A stretch of DNA of 64,000 bases from Takakia lepidozioides. Its lineage: Eukaryota; Plantae; Bryophyta. The DNA lies in assembly GCA_030704615.1 (NCBI GenBank), contig CM060732.1, forward strand, positions 42,780,001 through 42,844,000, in the 5' to 3' direction. Numbering within the stretch: the stretch's first letter is position 1; each line of letters starts with the position of its first letter. Both the position numbers and the translations under genes were made by a program. Under the pieces are notes generated by a model, which made no database searches, was not told the origin of the DNA, and worked only from the letters and a program-made list of their open reading frames with translations. Of this stretch, positions 26,001-37,707 are shown one piece after another.

Positions 26001-26337
26001 GCCAGCAGGATGACACTGGAGCTCGGTGGCATGGTGAGACGGACGAGGAGATGGTGCCCGGATGGCATGCATTTGCATTTCTGTGTATCTTGGCAGCGGA
26101 AGGCCAGGTTGGACCTGCAACAGGGATGACTGTAGATCAAGTGTCTGAGGACCCTGAGGCCAGCAATGAGCAAGGTGGCGCCAAAGATATACATGAGGAT
26201 TCAGTTGTGTTGGACTACCTCCGCACTGGAGACACTGCAGCCACTGTGACTGCCAAGGAGAGGGATCGGATCCTACAACGAGCCAAGAGGTTCAAGTGGG
26301 AGGGGACACACCTGCTCCGAGTGTGGAGGATGGTTGA

Positions 26338-27594
26338 GTGAGGATTGTGCCTCACCCAACACAGCGGGCACGGTTAGTGCGGCATGCCCATGAGGAGTTG
26401 GGGCATTTTGGGGTGCGACGCACTCATAGTTTACTGCAGGGCAGTATTGGTGGCGTGGTATGCACACAGAGGTGCAACAATTTGTGGCTAGGTGCATGGT
26501 GTGTGACAGGGTGCGTGCTTCATTCAACGCCCCTACTCCACAATTGCACCCTCTTCCGATCATGGGATTGGGCTACAGGTGGAGTCTTGACTTCGCAGGC
26601 CGTTGCCACTGACCATGCGCCACAACAAGTACGTGTTGGTGATGGTGAGCACTTCTCCAAGTGGATTGAATTGGTTCCATTGCCTGATAAGGCTAGTGAG
26701 GGAGCTGCGTATGCATTCTTGGATTGTGTGCTTAGCCGATTCGGTGCTCCAGCTGAGGTACTCACGGACCAAGGGAGAGAGTTCTTGGGGGAGTTTCAGG
26801 CTTTGTGTGACAAGGCCTTGATAGACCACCGCACCACTTCTCGGGATCATCCTGAGGCCGATGGCTTGGCAGAGAGAGTTGTTCAGACAGTAAAGAGGGG
26901 TTTGCGCAAGTATGGCTTGCAGAAGGGACACCTAGGAGATTGGGACCTTCAGTTACCCTGGTTAGCCATGGGCTACAGGTTCAGCAAGCAAGCATCACTT
27001 GCCTCCTTCTCACCATACTTTCTTCTCTTTGGCCGAGAGCCAGATTTGCCTACATCCATTCGCAGAGAAGCTGCTACAGTTCTTAACCTTGACGATCCGG
27101 ACGTGTGGGCACGTGCATGTGAGCAGCGTGCAGAGTTGTTCAAGAAAGTCATGCCCATGGCTTTCGAGAACCTTGCCATTGCACAACATCGTGATACGTT
27201 GAGGTATGCTACCATACGTGGTGGGGGCTATCGTCCTGGGGTTTGGAAATTCAACCCTGGTGACTATGTCTATCTGCAGCAGACTGCTCCTACGACATTG
27301 GATGTGACTGCAGGACGTGTTATTTTGAGGGTTCGAGAGGTTTTGCCCTCAGACGTCTTGGTCTTGGAGGGTCGGGATGGCATAACTTGGAAGGACCATG
27401 TGCGTAATTGTGCGCCATGTCACCTTCCGAATGTCGATGGCAGGATTGACCCAAACCTGGCAGTGGTATCTGCAAGTTTGAAATGCATGTTGTGTGGGTC
27501 TGCTAGAGGGACAGCCACCATGCTGGTGTGTGATCGATGCTCTAGAGGTTGGCATATGGGATGCTTGACTCCACCTCTTGAGATGGTTTCCTGA
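26338..27594 (+). CDS. Integrase (HHCC, DDE core) with a C-terminal, truncated PHD finger; N-terminal part frameshifted
   Basis: HAHEELGHFG; VLTDQGREF; EADGLAERVVQTVK; WDLQLP; SPYFLLFGRE; ends CMLCGSARGTATMLVCDRCSRGWHMGCLTPPL. Confidence 0.9.
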   Translation: MRIVPHPTQRARLVRHAHEELGHFGVRRTHSLLQGSIGGVVCTQRCNNLWLGAWCVTGCVLHSTPLLHNCTLFRSWDWATGGVLTSQAVATDHAPQQVRVGDGEHFSKWIELVPLPDKASEGAAYAFLDCVLSRFGAPAEVLTDQGREFLGEFQALCDKALIDHRTTSRDHPEADGLAERVVQTVKRGLRKYGLQKGHLGDWDLQLPWLAMGYRFSKQASLASFSPYFLLFGREPDLPTSIRREAATVLNLDDPDVWARACEQRAELFKKVMPMAFENLAIAQHRDTLRYATIRGGGYRPGVWKFNPGDYVYLQQTAPTTLDVTAGRVILRVREVLPSDVLVLEGRDGITWKDHVRNCAPCHLPNVDGRIDPNLAVVSASLKCMLCGSARGTATMLVCDRCSRGWHMGCLTPPLEMVS

Positions 27595-27629
27595 TACTTG
27601 GTTTAAGTGACGGTATAAAATGGATGACA

Positions 27630-27711
27630 GGTATAGCTTTCTAGGATTGTGTGCTTAGATTGTGTGGTGGACAACGATGTATGTTGTGGCACGATGCTTA
27701 GGTGCACGACA
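27630..27711 (+). repeat. Repeat B1 (82 bp), directly upstream of A2
   Basis: ggtatagctttctagg...ggtgcacgaca, one mismatch to B2 at 28139-28220. Confidence 0.95.
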
Positions 27712-27713
27712 GC

Positions 27714-28134
27714 TGTCATGGTTTTAGTCATGGTTATCTAGAATTACCTACTTCTAGTTAAGTAGGACATTTTAGATATTTATATTTATATTTTGTGTGT
27801 TGGGACTTCATTTGGTCTCACATGCCAAGTGAGGTGTCGAGCCTCACTTGAGACATGGAAATAGGTTTTCCCCTTGTGAGTGTTGAGGAGGCTCATCTTC
27901 TTGTAGTTGAGCCTCCATGAGCTTCTCTCACCTCCATAGCTCTAGGTATTGAGAGGGAGTGTGTTGAGGGCTTTGTAGGGTGGATTCCTTTAGCAAAGGT
28001 GCCCTTGGCTTGACTTAGTTTATGTGATAGAGTGGATTTCACTTGGAAGGACTAGGGCTTGTTTTTCATGTGATTGCTTCATGCTTTGAGAGCTTTCATT
28101 GTCTTCTACTTCTCTCATTTCTCATCTCTTATCA
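27714..28134 (+). repeat. Terminal repeat A2 (421 bp)
   Basis: Copy of A1 with 2 mismatches. Confidence 0.97.
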
Positions 28135-28138
28135 TTGT

Positions 28139-28220
28139 GGTATAGCTTTCTAGGATTGTGTGCTTAGATTGTGTGGTGGACAACGATGTATTTTGTGGCA
28201 CGATGCTTAGGTGCACGACA
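28139..28220 (+). repeat. Repeat B2 (82 bp), right end of the element
   Basis: Copy of B1. Ends CACGACA and is followed by the TSD GCCC. Confidence 0.95.
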
Positions 28221-29647
28221 GCCCCTAGAACTATGGCGCGGCTCCCGGGCCTACCCCGGCTACTCACGTTGCTGGGCAGATCCTAAGGACCAAAAGAAAA
28301 CACCACCAGAAAACAAACACTCTCTCCTTCCCTTGTCCCCAATCTTCCTTATTTGGAGGAGAGTTAATAGATTAATATGGCCCTTCGCGGCCTCTATATT
28401 GTCACTCGAGCTTACTGATCACACGAATCTGATGTATGGTGTAGTTCTGCTTCTACCACAAAATGGAAATAATTAAATGTTCAATTATTTAAATCAATGG
28501 TACAATGGGTCCTTCGGCCAATGGTCTTATGGGGCCTTCCCCTGTCAATCATGAATTTTGGACACCTGTATATCCACAAGTATCTTCACCTCTTTGAGAG
28601 GGCTATATTTTCAATCAATTATCAAGCAACAAGTCATGGTTTGGTATATCACATAAATCTCATATATGAATGAAAAAATGACATAAGTGTCAACCTTCCA
28701 ATGTGAATGAAGCTTGGGATGCTCTATTAACTCGGCGAATTGGTACTCTATGCGAGCCTCCTTCGACACTCGTCAACTACGTCCAACCCGGCCTTTCCTA
28801 CTCGTCTCTAAGTCTCCACTTCACATTCAACTTGCAATAATCTTTCTTTTATAACTTCCAAAATGGCTCCAAGGCCTGTACAAGTTGTGACCTCTCTCGT
28901 TAGCTTCTAAAATGCTTTCATATACTAAAGAGCTCAAGCTCCACTCTCTAGAACATAGGCTCCATCTAGCCACACTCACAAAGCTAGACTACAACAAGCA
29001 AGATGAAAGCAAGCAAATGAACTAGGTGAAGAAACAAGGAGGCATTGCCCTCTTTATATATCGTTTTTTGGCTTAAAAAACTATTGGAATAATAATAATA
29101 AATTAGTATAATCTAGATGGAGTTATAATTTAAAAACATAGAATGAAATAAACTAAGATGTTGGATGGAAACCTTAGAGGCAAATGATAAATGTTTTTTC
29201 ATCCATCCCTTGGATGGCTAGTTGGCACTAATTGTCGTTTATCATCCACACAACCTTCAGGGCGAAATTATGATTTTCATCTCATGGATGAAATAAAATA
29301 CCAAAATTTTATAACTCAAAATAGGGTGTCTACATAAAATCCATTACAAAATTATGTAGTGCAAGCATACCAAAAAACAAAAACCAAATAATACCCCCCA
29401 ACTATACATCCTTTGTTTGCAGATGGTAACAAAATTTTATAAAGAGTGATTTTCTTGGGGTGATGGTTTCTATACAATTACTAATCTTACCGGCAAAGAA
29501 GGGTTTAAGTTCTCCTTGACAGGGCGCATTTGCATTCTTCGTACATGTTTATGTGTTTGTAGTCTTGTAATTGCCTTCCAAGTCTTGTTTATTAATTACT
29601 AAATCTTACTAGCCTAAACCCCCGAAGCACTGATAGCTGGGACTTCA

Positions 29648-31030
29648 TTTTTTTTTTTGTCCATTCATTAAGCACCTACCGAGTTTAGGGAAGAAGAGGG
29701 ATACCTCTTCCCACTACCCTCCCAATTCCTGGGTGCTTAGGGTCAAGCAATCCCGCAGGAAGGGCAAAATCCCTTTAAAACTTCACTTTTTGGGTTTTAG
29801 AGGGGTCAATTTAATCAAAAGCCTCAATGACTATTTATCCACTTTTAATACGATGTATTATTTATTATTTATTTTCTTATTTTTAACGGAAATGGACAGA
29901 GGCCCTTTAGGTCACATTGGTAGAAGTCTTGGAAAAAATAACCAAGACAGAAAGCCATGAGGCATACATCGCAAGTGATTGGGAAGCTCCCCAAAACCAT
30001 GCTCCTAAGGCTAAGCTCTAGTCACAGTCAACGGCTTACTGGTGGGCTAGCGAGCCATAAGCCAGACTGATTGAGAAACTAAAGAGACACTACAGACCAG
30101 AAGGGCAACAGCAAGTTCCTCTGGATAGGACCAGAAAACAGAAGCCTACCTCATCCAATAGCAAAGGGCTTGGTGAATAGCAAAAAATAGAGCCCAGCCA
30201 TGTTCCTAGATGGGAGAAGAGAGATCGCAGCAGCACTGCAGCTAGCACCAAGAACCTAACATACGTCGTCCAGCCAAAAACTTGAACCAAAACAATAAAA
30301 GAAAGCGACGGGAAGGCCAGCCAGCATCTGAGCCTGCCAAGGAAACATCATAACTACCAACAGCCTAGAGAGTAATCAGCCTAACACCAAATGCCACCAT
30401 GTGGCACACTCCAACAGGGCACTTAGGACGAGCACCCTCAGCGTTTCTGCCTGAGAGACTCGAAATTGAGGTGAGCGCGGACTGTGGTATCTCAATTTTT
30501 TCTTATGCTTCCAGTTGATATTGATATCATCGGGAAATCCAGGGGAGCCCCTGAAGCTAAGGGGGTCTCCAGTCGACTGGAGGTCGAGGTGACCAGGTGA
30601 CCCTGTCTTCCTCGTGAACACACAATATTCCAAGGTAAACCCATTCTGCATCAAATTGTGTGTGCAAGGCTGCCTTTTTGCTCTCAGAACATCTGCCAGC
30701 TGAGTCCATCACCACCCCCCACATCTTACTACCTTCAATTACAATGTCATAATAAATGTGTTGCAAGATAGCCCAAATGTCAACTGGCTTTTTTTTATTA
30801 AAAACCAAGGAACAACTGGCCTTCCAGATATGCCAGAGGGTTAGTGCCCGCAGGCAGTTCTATACTTGGCAACCGCCTGATGGGGATTGGTTATGTCCGT
30901 ATTGCATTGGATAGTGGGAGTGGATACAACCATGGAAGGCTAACAAGAAATGCAAGGCCAAGCTACTAGGAGACCAACACACGAGATCCTGTCTCAAGTT
31001 CACAGATTGCAAGACGGCGACTAACGATGG
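29648..31030 (-). mobile_element. 5'-truncated L1-like LINE 3' end
   Basis: Minus-strand NCLRALTLWHIWKASCS (~30810-30860) matches ECLRGSTLWHIWKSSCA at ~38170. SPGFPDDININWKH matches SPEFEREINWRH. There is a poly-T run at ~29648. Confidence 0.6.
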
Positions 31031-32489
31031 GGTTGCTCTTGTACCCGGCCTCTTGTTCTATAGAGTTTGAGTACAATAGGGACAGTGATAGAGGACTTAG
31101 TATGACTGTGGCTATTGCATCTTGTAGCTATCTGGAGTTAGAGGGACCTAACCACCAGCTAGGGGCAGGAATGAGAGCTAGAAGAGTTAAGCAAGAGAAT
31201 AAGGGGATCCGAATAGTCAAACCTTCGCCAATGATTGTAGAGGGACCAAGATTCTTCCATCTAGTCTTATTTCTTCGCTTTGGCCTCTTGCTTGTGTAGT
31301 TAGTTTTGAGCTTGAGGTAGCTAGATCCTAGAGGGTTGAGCTTGTGGCTCTCTAGTAGTAGAAGCAAGCATAGTGAGAGCAGGATAGTCCTAGCTCAAGG
31401 CCTTGTGACCATTTGAGGCAAGAAGTAGAGGAAGCGCTCCATGAAGTGAGAGACTTGAGGACGAGTAGGAGTGCCGGAGGAGGACCAGATTTGAGTACCA
31501 TTCTACCGAACGATTTAGTGCATCCCAAGCACCACTTGTTTCAGAGGGTGACTTATCATATTATCTTGACCTTTGAATTCATTTGTTTCATTTGTTGTTC
31601 AAGCTTGTTCCAAGAAGAGACCTTATAGCATTGCTTGCTGGAAATCTATAAAAACTAACCATCTTTTAAAGAGGATGTGTGTACATCTCTATGTGCATGT
31701 GTAAAGAGCACAAGAGACAGGGAGCCCAGAGACAGGGAGGAGAGAATCCCTGGTAGGGATTTCACAAGGTAGAAGATGACATGTTCCAACTTCGTTCTAG
31801 GCTGGTTGCTTACATAAATTAATGAGATTATATTGTAAGTAGGTGGAAGAGGGCAGGGAATGGATCCTGGGACCCACTGAAGATTAAATCATTGTTTACA
31901 CACCAGGGTGACATCGGATGAGAAACTGATGAGCGGCAGATTTCATTTATCCTGGCCCGGTGATTGTTGAAGTTGCTAATTCGTTATTGATTGGTTTAGT
32001 ATAGTAATTTTGGGGCGCTCCCAAATAGAGAGCGGTTCCCCAACGCTCCCGACATAAAGAGCATTCCCAGGGCGTTCCCCTGGTACCTTGAGGGTAATTT
32101 AGTTAGCTCTAGAATCCCATATGATTCTCTATTTCTATGAATTTCATGCATTTGTAGGAAGGTTTTAATTATTTGTTCTTTATTATTCAGCAAGGTAATT
32201 CGCCTTTAATAAGGGATTTTATCCTGACCCTGTTTTAAGGGAGGTATCGCCCCCTTCCGCCGAGGATATTTGAAGGCAAATACCCGGCCGCTGGGAGCCT
32301 TGGGCCAAGGAACGGCCATTGTTGTATTAGATCTCGGGAATTACCTAGAGGTTTGAATTGTTATCATTCACCCGATGGACTGACCATTGAGGTTGAAACT
32401 TGGATCGCTCTAACTTGGATCGCTCAGGGGAGACTGACTTGGGAAAGCGGATCCGGTCCCTATCTAGAAGGTAGGAAACTAATCCACCC

Positions 32490-33700
32490 AATTATCGTTA
32501 GACCGTCACCGTCAAAATAACACATAAAATAAAAATAAATTGCATGGCCACTATTATCTGACCGTCGCCGTCGCCTAGCAGTATCCCAACGACATTAAAA
32601 ATAAATAAATAAATAATAAAAATCACCGTCATCTAATGGTTGCTCGAACCTTAGATTTAAAAAATAAATAATTATTAAAATAAAAAACAAAAAACCGCAT
32701 ATCGCCCTGAGCTAAACGATCGTTCATCGTCCGACGGTTTATTTTCAAATAAAGTCGGCATTGATATCTATCATTTTACTCTATCCGAGCACATAATATG
32801 CACCGTCAATGCAATTTGATAGCCACCCATCAATATGTACTCTGTCATCAAACCTAACACCGTATCAAGCTACCAGTCAGGGTCACAATGCCCATAGAGT
32901 CATATTCTGGCACCGGATTCGAAGGCCTTACAGACAGAGACAGACCGGGACCCTGCTGACGAGGGCCCTTAAATCCGGCTCTACTAGGAATTAAGTGAAA
33001 GGAGGCTGCAAGATGGGCTGCGGCAGGCCTCTAACCGAGCAGAATGCCCCCATGGAGCTGTTCTGTCTCCACTCCTCGATTTCCGGGCACTGAGGGAGGG
33101 ACAGGGGAGTGTGACATACAAGTATCCACGTCCGCCAGAAATTACACGCATGAAAAAAATTGAATCAGATTTAATTTTAGTAATTTGAGAGGGCCGTCAC
33201 GTCGCTTTGCTGTTGCCGTCGATATGGCGATGGTGGCGCGGGGATCGCGGGGTCAACCAACGGTCATCCAACTATCGTCCGGTCGTCACCGTCGCACAAT
33301 GGTCTAATGGGAAAAAAAAACAAAAAAATAAAAAAAAATAAAAAAAAATAAATTGCTTGGCTACTGTCACCTGGTCGTCGCTGTCGCCGTCACCTAGCAG
33401 TCATCCAAACGACATTAAAAATAAATAAATAAATAATAAAAATCACCGTCGTCCAACGGTTGCTCGAACTTTTGATTTATAAAATAAATAATTATTGGAA
33501 ATAAAAAATAAAAAAATAAATCGCAAATCGCTAGGACGTAAACGATCGTTCCTTGTCCGACGGTTCATTCTCAAATTTGGATGGACCAAAGTCGGCATTG
33601 ATATCTATCATTTCACTCTATCCGAGCACATAATCTGCACCACCAATGCAATAATATCAACCCATCAATATGTACTCTGCCATCAAACCAAACATCTCTC
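32490..33700 (+). repeat. Composite X-Y-X repeat (~830-bp period); inverted copy at 48740-50040
   Basis: Blocks ccgtcgccgtc(a)cctagcag...aaataaataaat...cccatcaatatgtactct occur twice here and twice on the minus strand at 48740-50040, each pair separated by unit Y. Confidence 0.85.
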
Positions 33701-34249
33701 GCCATGCGGATACTTTTTGCAACTGTAGATTCAACTACAGACTCTAGCCGAAGTTAATATTCCCACAATCTATCTCTTGAAATTCTGATACTCTTGGCCA
33801 GACAATCTGACTGTAACACCTCATAAATCATAATACATAACCTGACAAAATATATACTCTTATGGGAATATCCATTCAATCTATTTATAAATAAAATAAA
33901 ACCTTTCATCAATATATATTGAGATACAACCTAAATAATATACATGAAACTAACTCTAGACATGAATTATAAGAAGAACAAAATTCATATCTCAAATCAT
34001 AGTTGCACAAAATGACGTAACATGGTATTAACACGTCAGCGTCTCGTCTGAAATCACGTCCCGATAAGCGTCACATTACCTCAAAAACCGACTCAACGTT
34101 ATGTAATTTTAATTTTATATTTTTTTTTCATTACGTAATCTATCATAATAACATGTAAGCCATCAAGTAAGCTATGACGGTTTCAAATTTTAAAAAATAT
34201 ATTTCAAAAAAAACTTTCAAAATAAGATTTAAAAAAATTATTGAATAAA

Positions 34250-35420
34250 TCGGGATTATCAGATTTGGTGATCCTAATTTTTTTATAAATTATTCAATAA
34301 ATCAAGACCGTCAGTTCTGACGGTCAAATGACGATCCTAAATTATAATTCTTTATTTAATTTGGGACCACCAGCTCGGGGAGGTCCCGATTTTTTATTTC
34401 ATTTTAGGACAAAATAGGGGTCGTCAAAGTTAGGGGTCATAAATTTTTTATTTTTCTTTTGGGCTAAAATTGAGACTGCCAGAGCTGGCGGTCCGGGATT
34501 TATTTTGTTTTTTTTGGATAAAATCGACACAACTATAACTACTTATACCTATTTTTTTAATTTTCAAAATTTAGAATAAAATCAAGATCTCTAGGGCTGA
34601 CAATCCTGATTTACTTCGAATTATTTAGAAAACAATTATTTTATTAAAATAAAAAAATGAATATAATCAAGCATGTTAGAATTGGCTGTCCTTAATTTAT
34701 TTTACTTTATTTGGATAAAATCGGGATCAATAAAGATGACGGTCTTGGTTTACTTATGATTATTTACACAAATTAAAAACTTATTCTAAATTTAAAATAA
34801 AATATATAATCTCGACCGCAGAGCTCGCGATCCGGATTTTGTAAAAAGACGTTATGGACAAAATTGAGATTATCACAGCTAACGGTCCCGATTTAATTAA
34901 AAACTAAATAAATATATATGTAGTTGGAACTGCCAAACCTCACGATCCCCATTTGTTAATTAAAAATATTTTGGTTTAAATCGGGTATGGACCCCGGCGC
35001 TCCCGACTTAAGAGTGAAAATAATAAAGTCGGGACCGATCGTTTTGGCTGTGTCGATTTGCTTTAATATTTTATAATTGATTTTTAAGTCCGGACTACCA
35101 GCATTGGCGGTCCTAAATTTATTTAAATATTTACTCATTATATATGGAGCACTAGTACTCGCGGTCCAAATTTTATTTAAATGTTATTTGAATATATCTG
35201 GATTTTATTAGAATTAATTAGACCTCTTAAAATTATATATATTATTTGTTAAGTCGATGACAACTTTTTGATTATTTTTTTAAGCTCCGTGGCTATTTTT
35301 CATATTTGTTTAGCCTATGTGGCATATGGTGTTTATCCCTTATATGTTTTACTTATTATTATATAAAACTGACATGATACAAGCATGTGTTACGACCTGA
35401 CGTCATGTCAATGTGCAACC
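34250..35420. repeat. Long hairpin-motif array (roughly 15-18 units) plus a conserved flank
   Basis: Examples: gagactgccagagctggcggtccgg, gggaccaccagctcgggga, ggactaccagcattggcggtcct. The flank is shared with 12250-12460. Confidence 0.75.
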
Positions 35421-37707
35421 CACCTTAAATTACAAATAGCTCAATACAAAATCTTCAAGCAAGAGGACAATTTATCCTTAATAGGGAGCCACTAGCCCCG
35501 CTATATTTCTAGATTTTGGTCCATAGTGGTAGAGATAGATACAAAAATTCGTGTAGTGCAAATTCAGATGGTAGATCAGACTTTGAGTGTACATTGTACA
35601 GTTAAATAGATGTTGATTGAATTGATACAGAAGAAAGACAAATTTGCTTAGAGAAACTATACGGAGAGCAAATGCAAGAGAAGAAATGAAATAGCGATGA
35701 AGCGGGATAGAAGAGGAATACATCCATTTGCGTAATTATCAGGGTCAGTAACGTCAGGTCACGTTTTGAGACGTACAAATTCAATTTTTTAAGGGGTGAA
35801 AAATGTGATACGTAAGCAAAATTAAATGTAATGATTTTTTTTATTAAAAACATTGAACGACCATTTGGCGATCGTCTGACCGTCGTTCAACCGTCCCTCG
35901 ACCGTCGCCTTCGATCAGCCATAGCATGAACGAATAAAATAAAATAAAATAAACAAAACAGTCCAATTGTCGCCGGCGGCAGCGGTCATCTGAACCTTGA
36001 CTTGATTCGATCAACAACAGGAATCTTAGTTCTTCTGGTATCCAACATGACCCCGTGTGTTATGCCTTATGGCAACCTTCGGGCACCCAAGGGTTTTAAT
36101 TTTTTCCCTTTCAATAATTATAAATAAAGCTCCAAAGGGTTTCCTCCCATTTCCCCCAAAAATTAAAAAAACAAAAAAAACAACCGACGTACCCACCGCC
36201 CCCCGTTGCTCCGCAAGATGCTACCACAGCGCGGATTGGCGCCGCCGAAAACCCCGAGAGATAAATTGAGTTTAATATTCTGCCACGTGGCACTCTATAC
36301 GATGCTGCCATGTGGTGCAGCGTGGACAGGCACCGTCTGAAAAAAAAATTAGAAATTGATGTGTTGCCACGTGTCGCAGCGCCGACAAACGCCGCCGCCG
36401 CCGTCGCAAAAAAGAAAAAACATCCATTTTTTTAATGCTGGAACGTCGCGGTACCATGCGATTTCGCCATGTTGCGCAATACAACATGCGCCAAAAAAAC
36501 AAAAAAAAAAAAAAAAAACAAAACGACCGATCGTTGGTTTGTTGGTGTGGCGGGACGCAAATGGTTTTTTTTTTTTTTTCCTATAATTAATAGTGGTTGT
36601 TCTTTTGTGGACTGTCACCTTCATATCGAGGCTAATTTTGAACGTCCGTCCAAATTTGGAGTGGAGAACAAAGTGGAGAGGTGTCGCAAAAGTCAACAAG
36701 TGTGACTTCGGGTTAGTGTGGGGGTGTTGCATTTTATAACTTGATTACCTGCCTCAAATTCCATGTGGCGTTAGCTGCCATTCTCTCGACCACTCTGTGA
36801 ATTTTCACTACATCTCCAACCAAAGCCTCCCTCATTCTCCTCTCTATATTCTGCTAGAAAAAACCGAACCTCTCTCATTAACAATTCTTTTTCCAAAATA
36901 CTCTTGCGCGTTGACCTGACTATCTCGCTCGTGGGCATGGTTTTTCTTCCTGTTTTTACCCCTACTCCCAGACAAATCCCCCCCCCCCCCCCCCCCAGTA
37001 TTTGAGCTCACATTCCCCATTATTATATAATTTGTTTGCCTTTTACATGTGATGAAAAGAAAATAATGGCAGTGTAGATGTTATATTCTAGAAAAAAGGT
37101 AAAAAAAAAAACCACACAAGATCCTAAAACGATAAAACAATGAAGAGAGACGAAAAAAGGTGGGAGTGACGAGATGGAGAAACGACAAAAACTTCCCTCC
37201 CCCCCCCAAACACCTCTCCACGGTCCCAAGCAATGAAGTCCGAAAACTAGAAAAAGCCAATCAATCACTTTCACAGAGGAGCAAAAATGAACATAGAGGG
37301 ATGATAGGGTTTATATAGCCTCTCAAGAGCGACTGGCCAATCGCGCCTCGCCACGTGTCCATATGACTGGCCAATCACACCTCTCTTTGTTTTTCGGGGT
37401 TTTTTTAAAATTAAACTGCCGAATTTGACAGTCGCATGCACTTTGATATATATATATATATATGACATTTGAAAAAACTAAAAATCACATGGTATAACAA
37501 CACTTGGCCAAGTTGATTGGAAACAATTTGATAATAAAAAATAATACTAAAAATATGTACAATAATTTATATGATTAATTAAAAAAACTACATGTTCCCA
37601 ACAAGTTTCATGGGAACAATCCATGATATTTAAAAGAAGCAAATAACTCCAATGATATAAGATTAAAGACCACTTGGGCAAATTGATCGGAAGAAATTTA
37701 ATAATGA

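Larger units (their letters stand above)
17494..28220 (+). mobile_element. Ty3/Gypsy-type retroelement encoding gag-PR-DNMT-RT-RH-IN-PHD, with split direct repeats
   Basis: Termini are TGTCATG...CACGACA. The TSD GCCC lies at 17490-17493 and 28221-28224. The domain order PR-RT-RH-IN is Gypsy-type. Confidence 0.93.
17215..29334 (-). mobile_element. Older LTR (~1.4 kb without the insert) into which the DNMT retroelement inserted
   Basis: The minus strand begins TGTAGACACCCTATT at 29334 and ends ...GGCTACAGTGACCA next to the PBS. Segment 29190-29295 is homologous in inverted orientation to 1440-1540. Confidence 0.55.

Noticed and set aside
28135-28150. TGGTATAGC after A2 as a tRNA-iMet PBS
   Set aside because: It matches only ~6 nt of TGGTATCAGAGC, lies in repeat B at the 3' end, and is absent after A1 where a PBS would be needed.
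36240-36520. GCCACGTGGC-rich segment as an ABA-responsive promoter
   Set aside because: No adjacent gene was identified, and similar motifs occur at TE ends in this window.
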